Assembly: GCA_963840035.1 (NCBI GenBank)
Contig: CAWIXE010000001.1
Location: forward strand, 320,001-384,000
Direction: 5' to 3'
Source of the DNA: a candidate division FCPU426 bacterium
GTDB lineage: Bacteria > Oederibacteriota > PGYV01 > Palsa-1178
Length of the DNA stretch: 64,000 nt
In this document: one piece after another, positions 30,440 through 41,594 of the stretch
Layout of the letters: each line of letters starts with the position of its first letter
Position numbering within the stretch: position 1 is the first letter of the stretch
Notes under the pieces: generated by a model
The model's input: only the letters and a program-made list of their open reading frames with translations
The model's database searches: none
Told to the model about the DNA's origin: nothing
Translations under genes and position numbers: made by a program

Positions 30440-32044
30440 CTATTTTAACTCCAGCAAAAATATATCATCAGCATAAAAACTTTCCTTCTTTGATACCTTA
30501 TAATACCTGCTGACCCACGGCAGTTTATTTATGTCAGGCGGCTCCCCTGAATCATAATTTGAATTCCATATATTTCCTATCGGCAGCCATATTTCTTTCA
30601 TGCCTATCTTGTTGTCCCTGACAAACCATACCCTCCTGTATTTCCCCGGGAGACCCATGGCGTCCTGTGAAGTCAGCGTGTTTTTGTCAAAACCCGCGTA
30701 TATATCCATCCCGAATTTCTTCAGCAGCACTTCATTCTTGAAGGCCCTCCACATGTCCCTTATTTTAAACCTCAGCCCGCTGCCTTTAAATTCAGGTATT
30801 TCGCCCATGAGCCTGTTGGATATTTTAGTGTTGCTCATGTACCTGCTGTAGAATTCAAATGACGAGTATGAAGCCATGAAGCTGTGGACAATGACGTCCC
30901 CTTCCCTGAAATTTTCAGCTACCTGCGTGTACTGCTTTTTATAATCCGCTTTCTGGTATTTTTCCACAAAATAATAATTGTATAAAGCCAGCGAGTATAT
31001 CCCGAACATGACTGTCATGGCCAGTGTTTTACCCTGCATAGACATATATGATATCCCTATGGAAAGCAGCACGATGATAAGAGCTGAAACAAGTATGAAC
31101 GTCCTTTCCGAGTATATGGACTTCCCGGTCAGAACCGATATGATCCACGGAAACAACATGAACCCGGCCGAGACCCAGAATATTATGCCTGTTATTTTTA
31201 TGGATTTTTGCCTGTAAGTAAACGCGCCTATTATGACAAGGTAAAGGGCCGCGACAAGGGCTATGACCGTGAAAATACCCCAGTCAAAAGTCATGCCGAA
31301 GAGGTAATTTTTCATGGAATAAAACGGGGCTAAAAACATCTGCATGTTGTGGTAGTATGACTCCGCGGAAGAGGCTTTAAGCAGGAACATGAACATCGGC
31401 AGGAGAAAAACGGCTATTACTGCCTGCGCTTTAAGCCACAGGTTGAGCCTTATCTCCTCCCTGTATCCTATTATAAGCACTCCATTCATCACCAAAAGCA
31501 GTATGACGGCAAAAGCGTGCGTATATATTCCCAGCACGCTCCAGAATACGAAAGGCCCCGCCATGAAGGAATTGTATTTTATCGACATCAGGAAGTAGTA
31601 CATCATGAGCATGGATACCACCAGGAACATGGTATAATTTCTGGCTTCCTGCGCGTAATATATCTGATACGGGTTCAGGCAGAAAAGCGCCGTGGCAATC
31701 AGGCTCGTCTCCTCGCTAAAAAACGCCCTCACAAATCTGTAGAAAACAAACATGGAAATGACGCCGAAAACAAACGGCAGGAACCTTAAACTGAGCTCGC
31801 TGTACCCGAAGATGCCGCAGAAAATATGCTCAAGCATGTAAAACATTGGCGGATGCATGTCCTTGGCAAAAACGTCCCAGAAGACCATGATCAGGTCCTT
31901 ATTTGCGGCAAACCGCGCCGTGCAGAACTCGTCTATCCAGACAGACTGGCCGCCCAATTTAAAGAACCTTAAAAATATTCCAATTGCGAATATGATTATG
32001 AGTATGACCGTACTCTTGTTTTTTATTTGTATTACCTGTTTCAT
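30440..32044 (-). CDS. GT39/PMT_2-like (ArnT-like) glycosyltransferase
   Basis: LRFFKLGGQSVWIDE, HPPMFY, SELSLR, YYAQEARNY. Confidence 0.85.
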   Translation of the reverse strand: MKQVIQIKNKSTVILIIIFAIGIFLRFFKLGGQSVWIDEFCTARFAANKDLIMVFWDVFAKDMHPPMFYMLEHIFCGIFGYSELSLRFLPFVFGVISMFVFYRFVRAFFSEETSLIATALFCLNPYQIYYAQEARNYTMFLVVSMLMMYYFLMSIKYNSFMAGPFVFWSVLGIYTHAFAVILLLVMNGVLIIGYREEIRLNLWLKAQAVIAVFLLPMFMFLLKASSAESYYHNMQMFLAPFYSMKNYLFGMTFDWGIFTVIALVAALYLVIIGAFTYRQKSIKITGIIFWVSAGFMLFPWIISVLTGKSIYSERTFILVSALIIVLLSIGISYMSMQGKTLAMTVMFGIYSLALYNYYFVEKYQKADYKKQYTQVAENFREGDVIVHSFMASYSSFEFYSRYMSNTKISNRLMGEIPEFKGSGLRFKIRDMWRAFKNEVLLKKFGMDIYAGFDKNTLTSQDAMGLPGKYRRVWFVRDNKIGMKEIWLPIGNIWNSNYDSGEPPDINKLPWVSRYYKVSKKESFYADDIFLLELK

Positions 32045-32146
32045 TTTACACCTTTCAATGCCGTTATTTAATATCATGCATACATCTATTTTAACAAAAC
32101 AAAGAATTAATTCAATTTTTATTATGTCTTTTATGAATGGATCTGC

Positions 32147-33283
32147 CTACGGAGTCGGTGTTATAGTGGGAGTCGGTGTTACAGTTGCGGTCGCTGATGT
32201 TATCAGATCCACCTGCAATACCTCATTTGTATAAACACCGCCGGCTTTTAATCCGGCTGTCATCCAGTATTGCCCGTTCAGGTCAACTAGCCCCTGAAAC
32301 GCCCTTCCTGTGAAATCTTCGTCCTGTGTCTCGCGGACCCAGTTTATCCCGTTATCCGTCGACCATATCTCTCCATATTGTGTTGAGGCATCCGCGCCTC
32401 CTACCGCCCATAGTCTTCCATTTGCGCTTATCAATCCCATTGCGCACCTCGGACTGAATCCGGGCGACGCCGTTGCTCTGCTCCATGTCGCTCCATCGGT
32501 TGAATGCCACACTTCGCTGCTGTACGACCCTCCACCGAAATTGCCGCCAACAACCCATATCTCTCCATTGAAAACAGCACATCCTATCAGGTCCCTCGGC
32601 GTGAACCCGGCTGATGACGTCTCCTGCATCCATGTTGTTCCATTGCTTGAGCTCCACACGTCATTTTTCATTACACCGCCGGTCGTATTTCCGGCTATTA
32701 TCCACATTTTCCCGTTGAATACCACACTGCCGTGGTTTGTCCGGTATCCTACTGACGTAGTAGAGGCTTCCAACGCCCATATCACTCCATCTGTGGAACT
32801 GTATATGTCCCTCTTTATCGCTCCTGAATATCCTCCCATGATCCACATCCTGCCGTTATATGCCACTGAGGAGTGACCGTACCTTTCGGAAAATGCCGCG
32901 GATCCTGTTGCCTGCGTCCATGATACCCCGTCAGGCGAATACCAGACATCGTTCATGTCTCCGCCAACGCTGCTCGATCCCGCTATTATCCATATCTTAT
33001 TATTGTATATCAGGGTCGTATGCGCCGCCCTTCCCGGTAACGTCGCTGTAAAAGTCGGGGTAAAGGTCCTGGTTATCGTGCTGGTTGGAGAAAATGTTCT
33101 GGTGTTTGTTTGCGAAGGTGTTTTTGTTGTAAAAGTCAAGGTCGGTGTTATCTGGGTTGAGGTGAATGTTAGGCTCGGCGTTGGAAATACAGGTGACGGA
33201 AGGTTTCTTTTAGAACTGCATGCCTGGAAAAAAAATATGGCACACACCAATAATAATATCGCTGTCCTCAAGAATTTAGCCAT
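32147..33283 (-). CDS. Kelch-like repeat lipoprotein with Thr/Pro linkers
   Basis: Lipobox FQA-C; repeats R..H..v.fNGkmWiiGG..NDVWxSxDG. Confidence 0.8.
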   Translation of the reverse strand: MAKFLRTAILLLVCAIFFFQACSSKRNLPSPVFPTPSLTFTSTQITPTLTFTTKTPSQTNTRTFSPTSTITRTFTPTFTATLPGRAAHTTLIYNNKIWIIAGSSSVGGDMNDVWYSPDGVSWTQATGSAAFSERYGHSSVAYNGRMWIMGGYSGAIKRDIYSSTDGVIWALEASTTSVGYRTNHGSVVFNGKMWIIAGNTTGGVMKNDVWSSSNGTTWMQETSSAGFTPRDLIGCAVFNGEIWVVGGNFGGGSYSSEVWHSTDGATWSRATASPGFSPRCAMGLISANGRLWAVGGADASTQYGEIWSTDNGINWVRETQDEDFTGRAFQGLVDLNGQYWMTAGLKAGGVYTNEVLQVDLITSATATVTPTPTITPTP

Positions 33284-33442
33284 GAAAACACCCTCCAATT
33301 ATTTATCGTTTTTATATTATAACATATCAGGAAATGATATGGGCATATGTTTTCTGATATATATGCATAATGATGTAATATTTAAATTAACTGGGGTTTA
33401 ATGATTGATAAGAATTTTCGGAAAGTTTGTATATTTGCTTTT

Positions 33443-34585
33443 TTATTGTGCTAGTTTTGCATATATTTTAAGAGTTTCTTCCGCAGTCTCTTTCCATGAA
33501 AATTTTTCCGCCTGCTTAAACCCCTTTTCCTTCAGGGACTCCCTTTTTGACTCGCTCTTTTCAAGCTCATCGAGCCCGCGGACAATGTCCTCCACGGAAA
33601 AAGGGTCTATGAGCATGGCCGCGTCCCCGGCCACCTCTGAGAGCGACGTATTGTTTGAAGTCACCACAGGCAGCCCGCAAAGAAAAGCCTCCAGCACCTG
33701 CAGCCCGAAACCTTCCCACATGGAAGGGAACAGGAACATGAACGCCGCGTTATAAAGCAGGATCATGTCCTCCTCGGGCGCGTACTCTGTTATAATCACG
33801 TGCTTTTCCAGGTTCAGTTCCTTAATTATATCCGCGATATTCGTGGTGTCCATCTCTTTTTTTCCGATGGAGGTGATCACCAGCTGGTATTTGAATTCCG
33901 TCATGTTATTGAACATGTTAAAGGCTTCAAGCGAGCGCGCAGTGTTTTTCCTCATGTCGGAGGCCGCGCTTAAAAGTACAAACGGCTTTGTGATGCCGTA
34001 TTTCTGTTTTATGCCGGCAATCTTTTTTTCGTCGTTTATGACGCGGTATTTTTTATCCGCGGCTTCCTTTATGACTGTCACTTTTTCTTCTTTGACGTGC
34101 ATGTGCTTCATAATGTCCGATTTTGAATATTCGGAAACAGTTATTACATGGTCCGCTATCCTGCCGGAATGGGGTATTGAAAATTTATTATACGCGTCCA
34201 CCATGCGCTGCTTGAACGTCGGTTTTGATATTGCTTTTGCCAGCGGCCGCACGAACATGGTGTCGTGTATGGTCACTACCTTTTTTCCCTGATAGTAAGG
34301 GCTTAAATACGGAAGCGTATTGTCGGTCCCGTGCAGTATGTCGAGCTTATCCTTCGCCGCTTCCATAGGAAGCAGAAACTGCTCATATAAAAGGGCGTTC
34401 GCGGTATTTAACCTCTTGAACCTGCAGTTTTTCGCCGCTATATATTCATTAAGGGTGGAACGCTTGTCCAGGTAAACGATGTATTCGTTTTTTTTGTCTA
34501 TCTCAAGGAGGTTCTTAACCAGGTTTTCAATATACCTGCCCACACCCCTCTTGAAAATTATCCTGGCGTCAATTCCTATTCTCAC
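33443..34585 (-). CDS. Glycosyltransferase family 4
   Basis: MRIGIDAR, GVGRY, VVTIHD, EGFGLQVLEA. Confidence 0.9.
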   Translation of the reverse strand: MRIGIDARIIFKRGVGRYIENLVKNLLEIDKKNEYIVYLDKRSTLNEYIAAKNCRFKRLNTANALLYEQFLLPMEAAKDKLDILHGTDNTLPYLSPYYQGKKVVTIHDTMFVRPLAKAISKPTFKQRMVDAYNKFSIPHSGRIADHVITVSEYSKSDIMKHMHVKEEKVTVIKEAADKKYRVINDEKKIAGIKQKYGITKPFVLLSAASDMRKNTARSLEAFNMFNNMTEFKYQLVITSIGKKEMDTTNIADIIKELNLEKHVIITEYAPEEDMILLYNAAFMFLFPSMWEGFGLQVLEAFLCGLPVVTSNNTSLSEVAGDAAMLIDPFSVEDIVRGLDELEKSESKRESLKEKGFKQAEKFSWKETAEETLKIYAKLAQ

Positions 34586-34652
34586 AATTCACCGCTTTTT
34601 TGTTCATTGTTCCTCGTTCATTGTTCTGTTGCCACCCTCCACTCACCACCCA

Positions 34653-35429
34653 CTACTCACAACTTTCTATACCCTTCTTTCTCCCCACCACTATAAACCC
34701 TCCGCCTTTTTCCGGCAGAAGTTTTGTCATTATCGCGTCTATGGCGTCAAGCTTCCAAAATATGAATTTTTCCGGCAATTTGCCTATGATATTCTCAAGG
34801 CCCTTGGGCATCCTTAAATAATTTGTTGATATGGTCTTTTCCACTTCAAACCCGGCCTTATACATGAGATCTTTTACCTCTTTCGGGTTGAAGTTAAAAA
34901 GGTGGTCCTTGTGCTCTATCTCCAGTTTTTTCGCGTGCTTTTTAAACATGAGCTTATAAAACGCGTCCTTGTTGGTGAGGGTTACTATTATGATGCCGCC
35001 TTCTTTTAAGGCGTTGTAGGCGTTTTTTATGACCTTGCCGGGCTCATAGGTGTGGTCAAGGACTTCCTTTATCAGGCAGGCGTCGTACGCGCAGGATTCC
35101 TCCAGCGTCTCGCCTGTGCCGTGCCTTAACTCAAAATCCTCTTCCTTTATCTCGTCATGAAGCATGTTCTCGGATGGCTCTATGCCGGTATATTTTTTTA
35201 CAATATCGCGCGAGAGCTTGTAAAAATCCCCCCTGCCCGCCCCTATATCCAGCAGGCTTAAGTACTCATTGCGCGCCACGACTTCCTTGGCCAGTATGGA
35301 GATGACGGTCTTATTGAGCCTTTTCCACTTTTTTTTCATCATCTCTGTGGCAGAGCTCTCCAGCAGCTCGGTATCATCCCACTTAAGCTGCGTCTCTTCC
35401 CAGGCTTTTACCTTATCGTCGTTTTCCAT
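34653..35429 (-). CDS. Class I SAM-dependent methyltransferase
   Basis: LLDIGAGRG, GIEPS, EVLDH, LKEGG; likely ATG at 35429. Confidence 0.85.
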   Translation of the reverse strand: MENDDKVKAWEETQLKWDDTELLESSATEMMKKKWKRLNKTVISILAKEVVARNEYLSLLDIGAGRGDFYKLSRDIVKKYTGIEPSENMLHDEIKEEDFELRHGTGETLEESCAYDACLIKEVLDHTYEPGKVIKNAYNALKEGGIIIVTLTNKDAFYKLMFKKHAKKLEIEHKDHLFNFNPKEVKDLMYKAGFEVEKTISTNYLRMPKGLENIIGKLPEKFIFWKLDAIDAIMTKLLPEKGGGFIVVGRKKGIESCE

Positions 35430-35516
35430 AAATCTCCCGGCTGTTGTGTTGATATGACTTATTTTAACAAAAACAGAGGTATATTTAAAGGTGTAATAAG
35501 GGATTTTATTGTTCTC

Positions 35517-35679
35517 GTAGAGAGGGGGCTTGCCCCCTCTCAAACGCAGGCCTGCCTTGAGATCCAGCAAGCCGGCTCTCTACAGTTATATAAAACCACA
35601 ACAAAGTTCTCGTAGAGAGGGGGCTTGCCCCCTCTCCAGCGCAGGTCCTGCCCTGAGAGGCAGCAAGCCGCCTCTCTAC
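35517..35679. repeat. REP doublets flanking RAYT (3' side)
   Basis: GTAGAGAGGGGGCTTGCCCCCTCTC paired with GAGA..CAGCAAGCCG.CTCTCTAC, twice. Confidence 0.85.
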
Positions 35680-36200
35680 AGGTTCTCTAACTTCTTCCGT
35701 TCCTCAAACAATTCATACCATTCCTTCTCTTCCATGCCGGGTTCATAAACCATTGGGTTGTTTAATATATACTCACTTGCAAAAAAATACTCAAATTCTC
35801 CCCGTATTATCCTGTCATAAAACCCTTCCTGCCAAAATTTCCTGCCGGGTTTCTGTTGTAATTTATTAATTGCTATCGTTGATTTTGATTTAAAAACGCA
35901 TATCATATCGTGGAGTGTTTTGCCTGTTTTCCTGCCAATCCGGATAATACCGTGCATATGATCCGGCATAAACATAAAATCGCCAAGAGCAATGTTTTCA
36001 AACTTACTTTTTAGTTCGATCCAGCATGCTGTTGCCGCCTTTCCGGCGTCTGACAAAAACATTTTTCGGTCTTTTATAGAACCAAAAAAGTTATGCCGTT
36101 TATCAAGACAGATGGTGACAGAATAATCCCCTTCCGATGAATAGTCATATTCTTTTAAATGATTTGATTCGATACGGTATTTGTTGTTGTAAAGCGACAT
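35676..36200 (-). CDS. REP-associated tyrosine transposase (RAYT, Y1 HUH)
   Basis: YDYS..YSVTIC, MPDHMHGII (HUH), FKS, FWQEGFYDRIIR, YILNNP; flanked by REPs. Confidence 0.9.
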   Translation of the reverse strand: MSLYNNKYRIESNHLKEYDYSSEGDYSVTICLDKRHNFFGSIKDRKMFLSDAGKAATACWIELKSKFENIALGDFMFMPDHMHGIIRIGRKTGKTLHDMICVFKSKSTIAINKLQQKPGRKFWQEGFYDRIIRGEFEYFFASEYILNNPMVYEPGMEEKEWYELFEERKKLENL

Positions 36201-36245
36201 ATAAACCCCTCTATTTTACGATTTATATCCCCAAAATACGTTTTA

Positions 36246-36397
36246 CTTGCCCCCTCTCAAACGCAGTCCAGCCCTGAGAGCCAGCAAGCCGGCTCTCTAC
36301 AGTTTTATAAATACAAAACAACGCTCTCGTAGAGAGGGGGCTTGCCCCCTCTCAAACGCAGGCCCTGCCCTGAGAGCCAGCAAGCCGGCTCTCTACA
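36246..36397. repeat. REP doublets flanking RAYT (5' side)
   Basis: Same REP pairs as 35517-35679; first one truncated. Confidence 0.85.
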
Positions 36398-36408
36398 AAT
36401 TATATATA

Positions 36409-37476
36409 TTATTTAACTTCCGCCTTATACTTCACCAGCCGCTGTTTTTTCTTCCCTTCCAGCATCTCCAGCGCGAGCCTTCCTATGAACTCAGCTGGTA
36501 TTTCCAGGCATTCCTTGTAAATGTCCTTCCTGTTGCATATGGCAAGCCCGCACGGGCTGCATTTGACGTGCCTGTCTACTATTACGGCCTTGTCTCCCAT
36601 GGCTCCCCACTCCTGGTACCTTGCGGAACCGCTGAATATGGTGAGCGACTTTACGCCGAAAGCCGCCGCGATATGGACGGCCGCGGAATCATTACCTATG
36701 ACGAGAGAGGCGTGTTTTATAATGGCTTTCATTTCCTTTAAGTTGAGCATACCTGCCAGGTTTACCACGTGCCTGCCGCGTATCTTTTCTATGCCCCTGT
36801 CTTTTTTCCCGCCGACTACGACGGTCTTTATGCCGCGCGACATGAATTCAGCCAGGCTGTTGTACTTTTCCATGTCCCAGTCTTTGGACGTGTGCCCAGA
36901 GACAGGGTGCATGACTATGTATTTCGTGACTTTTCCTTTTTCAAGAAGGGCTTTTATGTTGTCTTCCGATACCTTATCTGTTTTAAGCGCTGTTTTTGCT
37001 GGAAGCTTTACGCCTGTTATTTCTTTTAGCAGGAGCATGTTTTTTTCCGCGGCGTGGGATGAGATCGGCGGGTGGCTTACAATATGGTTGATGCCAAACC
37101 CCATTTTGCCGGTATCGTATCCGTATTTGTCCTTTGCCTTTGCCATGGAGAGTATAAACGAAGTGAGCCTGTCCTGCCAGCGCATGCCAATTATCATGTC
37201 ATACTTTCCGGCGTTTAAAAGGGATATGAGTTTGAATGCGGAAAACCATCTTACGAAAAACGGCTTTGGCTCGTACTTAAGCCATTGCGCGTCAAATGTC
37301 TTAACTTCATCAAAACACCCGAGCCCGTCTAAAACCTGCGAGCCCGCGGGGCTTAAGAACGCGGTGATGTGGGCGTCCTTAAAATGTTTCCTCAGTCCCA
37401 AAAAAAATGGAGACGCAAGTACTGCGTCTCCGATACCGTCTGTTTTTATGACCGCGATGCGTAGCCTGTTTTCCAT
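36409..37476 (-). CDS. Glycosyltransferase family 9 (heptosyltransferase-like)
   Basis: DGIGDAVL, HPVSG..KDW, IGNDSAAVHIAAA. Confidence 0.9.
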   Translation of the reverse strand: MENRLRIAVIKTDGIGDAVLASPFFLGLRKHFKDAHITAFLSPAGSQVLDGLGCFDEVKTFDAQWLKYEPKPFFVRWFSAFKLISLLNAGKYDMIIGMRWQDRLTSFILSMAKAKDKYGYDTGKMGFGINHIVSHPPISSHAAEKNMLLLKEITGVKLPAKTALKTDKVSEDNIKALLEKGKVTKYIVMHPVSGHTSKDWDMEKYNSLAEFMSRGIKTVVVGGKKDRGIEKIRGRHVVNLAGMLNLKEMKAIIKHASLVIGNDSAAVHIAAAFGVKSLTIFSGSARYQEWGAMGDKAVIVDRHVKCSPCGLAICNRKDIYKECLEIPAEFIGRLALEMLEGKKKQRLVKYKAEVK

Positions 37477-37568
37477 GATGTGCCGCCCACAATCACAGAT
37501 CCCAAATCACATATCCCAAATTATTACAAAATCTTTGGGATTTGTGATATGGGATTTGTGATTATTAT

Positions 37569-39308
37569 TTAATCTAAAAACCCTTTTAAATTCTTCGCCC
37601 TCGCCGGGTGCCTGAGTTTGCGGAGCGCCTTTGCCTCTATCTGCCTGACGCGCTCGCGGGTGACTTTGAATATCTTTCCCACTTCTTCCAGCGTATGCGG
37701 CACTCCGTCGCCTATGCCGAACCTTAAGCGCAGCACTTCGGCTTCCCTATCCTTTAATGTGTGGAGTACTTTTTCAATCTGTTCCTTTAAGAGTACGTTA
37801 ACCGCTGCCGATGCCGGCGATACCGCGTCTTTGTCCTCTATGAAATCCCCTAAGTGCGAGTCTTTTTCCTCGCCTATGGGCGTCTCAAGCGATATGGGGT
37901 GCTGTGATATTTTCAGCACTGACCTTACCTTGTCGGCTGACATGGCCATCTTTTTTGCGATTTCTTCCGGCTTTGGCTCCCTGCCGAACTGCTGTACAAA
38001 AATCCTGGCGACCTTGTTAAGTTTGTTTATGGTCTCTATCATATGGACGGGTATCCTGATGGTCCTTGCCTGGTCGGCAATCGCCCTTGTGATAGCCTGC
38101 CTTATCCACCATGTGGCGTACGTTGAGAACTTATATCCCCTCTTGTACTCGAACCTCTCCACCGCCCTCATCAGCCCGATGTTTCCTTCCTGTATGAGGT
38201 CCAAAAATGAGAGGCCTTTGTTTATGTATTTTTTGGCGATGGAAACCACGAGCCTTAAATTGGCCACCACAAGCTCTTTCCTGGTCTTCCTGGCTTCGAA
38301 CATGTTCTTCCTTATCATGTGCGCGAGCCCTTTTAAGTCCTCGTACTTCATGCCTATCTCGTTTTCTTCATTGCGTATTAAAGCCATAATCTCGCTTACT
38401 TTTGCCGTTATCTTCTTGAATTCCTCGCCCTTCATGCGTTTCTTTTTAAGGAGAAGCTTGAACTCTTTCCTGCTCCTCTGGAGGTTCTTTACCTCGGCCA
38501 TTTTCATGCCGAAGCGCTTTTCATATCCCTGCAGTTCCTTCTCGTCCTTGGTTATCTTCGAGACCATGTTTATTATCTTTTTTGCTATGAGGTTTATCTG
38601 CTCGTTATTTAGCTTAAGCATGTGCAGGTAATCGCGTTTTTTCTTCCTGAACTTTTCGAATATCCTCTTGTACTTTTCCCTCTGCTTGGGCTTTAAGTTC
38701 TTCTTTTCAAGTTTTTCCTTTACGCGCTCTATTTCCTTCTGTGACTTTTCCGCCTGCCTTATGTATTTTTCAAAGCGCTCCTTGAGCCGCTCTTCCACCG
38801 AAGGCGGTATGTCGCCCTCGAGTTTTGTCTTGATGATGTCCGTGATGCGCACTGTGCCGTTCTTTAAATCGTCGTTTATTTTTTCAAGCTCGTCAAATCC
38901 GACCTTTGTGTCAAAGATCGCGTTCTTCATGTTTATTTCCGCGTTCTCTATCTTCTTTGCTATCCTGACCTCGTCCTCCCTGCGCTCCAAAAGCGGGACC
39001 TTTCCCATTTCATGAAGGTACATCTGTACCGGGTCGGATGAGAAGCCTTCGGCGTCAAGGAAATCCACTTCCTCGGCCTTTTCAGCCTGCTTGCCGGATA
39101 GGATCTTGTCTATCTTTCCTTCTTCCCTTATCTCAATGTCCATCTCGTCCATGATGTTTAACATGTCGTCGATGTCCTCGACGGATGTAAAATCCTGGGG
39201 AAGGGAATCGTTGAGCTCCTCGTAGGTTAAGAACCCTTTTTCCTTGCCTTTTTTTATCAGTTCCTGTACTTCAGGAAGACTCTTTAGATTCTTACTCAAA
39301 ATCGCCAC
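37569..39308 (-). CDS. rpoD: RNA polymerase primary sigma factor
   Basis: Region 1.1, [54 protein letters not shown]. Confidence 0.97.
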   Translation of the reverse strand: MAILSKNLKSLPEVQELIKKGKEKGFLTYEELNDSLPQDFTSVEDIDDMLNIMDEMDIEIREEGKIDKILSGKQAEKAEEVDFLDAEGFSSDPVQMYLHEMGKVPLLERREDEVRIAKKIENAEINMKNAIFDTKVGFDELEKINDDLKNGTVRITDIIKTKLEGDIPPSVEERLKERFEKYIRQAEKSQKEIERVKEKLEKKNLKPKQREKYKRIFEKFRKKKRDYLHMLKLNNEQINLIAKKIINMVSKITKDEKELQGYEKRFGMKMAEVKNLQRSRKEFKLLLKKKRMKGEEFKKITAKVSEIMALIRNEENEIGMKYEDLKGLAHMIRKNMFEARKTRKELVVANLRLVVSIAKKYINKGLSFLDLIQEGNIGLMRAVERFEYKRGYKFSTYATWWIRQAITRAIADQARTIRIPVHMIETINKLNKVARIFVQQFGREPKPEEIAKKMAMSADKVRSVLKISQHPISLETPIGEEKDSHLGDFIEDKDAVSPASAAVNVLLKEQIEKVLHTLKDREAEVLRLRFGIGDGVPHTLEEVGKIFKVTRERVRQIEAKALRKLRHPARAKNLKGFLD

Positions 39309-41130
39309 CTCTTTGATTTAATATTTTTTGCAGCCTCTGTTTTTCAACCATGGCCGCCTTTAGTTTTTCCATGTCTCCCGAGCTTTCAGCCTGCATCATG
39401 GCCTCATTTACGCCTTCCATGTCCCTGGCCGCTTTTTCTTTCTGCAGTTTCTGGATCCAGTCTGAAATGGGCTTTAAAATATCCTGGCTTTGTTTCTTAA
39501 GTTTCGGGTCTTTTGCCTTTTCATCCATTTCCCTGCGGGCTCTTTCAGCCAGCAGTTCCGATATGATGGAATTTAAATCGTCGTTATCCACGTAATCCAT
39601 CTCTATTTTCTTCAATATTTCCTTTTCGCCCGCGTTAAAGTAGGCCTTTATCTTCTGCATTATCTGGCTGTATGCCGTGTTCTTAAAATCCTCATATTTT
39701 AGCCCCGCCAGTTCCCTGCGCTCGGCTATGTGCCTGAGCACAGTAGCCTCATCGTCGGTTCCCAGGCAGTTTACTGCCGCGGATATTATATTTCTTTCCG
39801 CCAGCTTCATTCCCTTTTCGCTTAACACCCTGGTGTCGTCAACCATCTCATCGACCTGCGCGGCTGATTCCTGCTTTATATCCAGGTACCTTTCCACGAC
39901 GTTAGGCTGCACAAAGAGCATGTCAGCCGTCTTCCTTACCGCGTCGCCGCGGACTATGGATGAGTCCGACTTTGATATGAGTGCCGCCACTTCCTTAATG
40001 ATCGTTTCCTTGTAATATGAATTATTCGCGTCCCCGTCTTTTTTCAGCTGGTTTATCTTATAGCTTATAAAGGGTTCGGCCTTGGCTATTTTTTCCTTAA
40101 GTTTTTCCACTCCGAACTTTTTAATATAATCGTCCGGGTCCTTTACCTCATCAAAGCTGACCACGTACGCGTCCATGCCTTCCGCGAATAAATGGTCGCC
40201 CGCGCGCACGGCGCCCTGCCTGCCGGCGTCGTCCATGTCGTACATGATGACCGCTTTTGCCGCGTATCTTTTTAAGAGCTTTGCCTGGTCCGCTGTCATG
40301 GCCGTACCCAGCGTGGCCACCACGTTCTTGATGCCCGCGCTGTAAACGCTCACGCAATCCATGTAGCCTTCCACTATTACCGCGGTCCCGTCCGTATGCT
40401 TGCGGGCGTTATTTAAGTTATATAGGTTCCTTCCCTTAATATAAATGGAAGTTTCCTTTGAATTAATATACTTGGCCGGATTGTCGTCCATGGCCCTTCC
40501 GCCGAACGCTATCGCGTCCCCGTAGATGTTGAATATCGGGAACATGAACCTGTCGCGGAATGTGTCATAGATGCCCGTGGTGCCTTTATTGACAAGCCAT
40601 GATTTTATCGCCGCGTCTTCGGTGATGCCTTTGTTTTTAAGGTATACGGCAAGCCCTCCTTCTCCCGGCGCGAAACCGATCTTGAAATCATCCAGCGCGG
40701 TTTCATTCAAGCCTCTTGATACGGCGTATGCCTTTGCCTTATCGCTTTTTAAGAACATCTCATGAAAATAATTTATAGCTTCCTTGTTCGCGGCGAGGAG
40801 TTTTTCCTTCTCGCTGTAATCCGTGGCGTTATAATTCCTGTCTTCGTCTATGTTTATGCCGGCTCTTTTCGCCAGCATCCTGACAGACTCGACAAAGTTC
40901 AGGTTCTCTATCCTTTGTATAAAAGTGAACGCGTTCCCGCCCTGGCCGCAGCCGAAGCAGTGGAATATCTGCTTTTCGCGGTTGACCATGAATGACGGCG
41001 TCTTTTCCTGGTGGAAAGGGCAAAGCCCCTTAAAACTTGAGCCTGCCTGCCGCAGCGCGAGGTAGCCGCCTATAACGTCAACTATGTCGCTCGCGTTTTT
41101 TATTTCCTCGATCTTTTCCTGCGATATCAA
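39292..41130 (-). CDS. dnaG: DNA primase
   Basis: [15 protein letters not shown] zinc finger; VEGYMD, YDMDDAG, KDPD TOPRIM. Confidence 0.97.
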   Translation of the reverse strand: MISQEKIEEIKNASDIVDVIGGYLALRQAGSSFKGLCPFHQEKTPSFMVNREKQIFHCFGCGQGGNAFTFIQRIENLNFVESVRMLAKRAGINIDEDRNYNATDYSEKEKLLAANKEAINYFHEMFLKSDKAKAYAVSRGLNETALDDFKIGFAPGEGGLAVYLKNKGITEDAAIKSWLVNKGTTGIYDTFRDRFMFPIFNIYGDAIAFGGRAMDDNPAKYINSKETSIYIKGRNLYNLNNARKHTDGTAVIVEGYMDCVSVYSAGIKNVVATLGTAMTADQAKLLKRYAAKAVIMYDMDDAGRQGAVRAGDHLFAEGMDAYVVSFDEVKDPDDYIKKFGVEKLKEKIAKAEPFISYKINQLKKDGDANNSYYKETIIKEVAALISKSDSSIVRGDAVRKTADMLFVQPNVVERYLDIKQESAAQVDEMVDDTRVLSEKGMKLAERNIISAAVNCLGTDDEATVLRHIAERRELAGLKYEDFKNTAYSQIMQKIKAYFNAGEKEILKKIEMDYVDNDDLNSIISELLAERARREMDEKAKDPKLKKQSQDILKPISDWIQKLQKEKAARDMEGVNEAMMQAESSGDMEKLKAAMVEKQRLQKILNQRGGDFE

Positions 41131-41591
41131 TTGCCTGCACCTGTTCCCTTTAAAATTGCTTTTTCTATTGAAGCTCCGAGCCTTTTGCGGTCGTCCGCCG
41201 TGTACGCTGACGGCCCGCTTATCCTCGGCTTGCCTTTTTTAGCGCGCATCGCTTTTTTTTCAATTGCCGCGATGTTTACTTTTCTTTCCAGTTCGTCCTC
41301 GCCGTAAATCCTGCCGCGCTGGCTTACCACAGTCACGCCTTTTGAAGCCAGAAATAACGCGAGCCCCGTATCCGAGGTAACCGCTATGTCGCCTTTTTCA
41401 GCGAGGTTCATTATCTTTATATCAGCTTCCTGCTTGCGGTTGTCCACAAGCACTGTCATGTCCGCGCCGATATCGTTTTCCGAGTAATGCGAGACGCTCA
41501 TTACAAAGAGCGTCTTTATCCCGTGCTTTTTTGCCGCCGCTGTTATTGCGTCCTTTGCCGGCTGCGAATCAGCGTCTACGATTATTTTCAA
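41127..41591 (-). CDS. YaiI/YqxD (DUF188) family protein
   Basis: IIVDADS, EADIKI, GDIAVTSDTGLA; upstream of dnaG. Confidence 0.85.
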   Translation of the reverse strand: MKIIVDADSQPAKDAITAAAKKHGIKTLFVMSVSHYSENDIGADMTVLVDNRKQEADIKIMNLAEKGDIAVTSDTGLALFLASKGVTVVSQRGRIYGEDELERKVNIAAIEKKAMRAKKGKPRISGPSAYTADDRKRLGASIEKAILKGTGAGN

Positions 41592-41594
41592 AGG

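Noticed and set aside
36521..37561. 346-aa plus-strand ORF
   Set aside because: Antisense shadow of the GT9 gene
37618..38631. 337-aa plus-strand ORF
   Set aside because: Antisense shadow of rpoD
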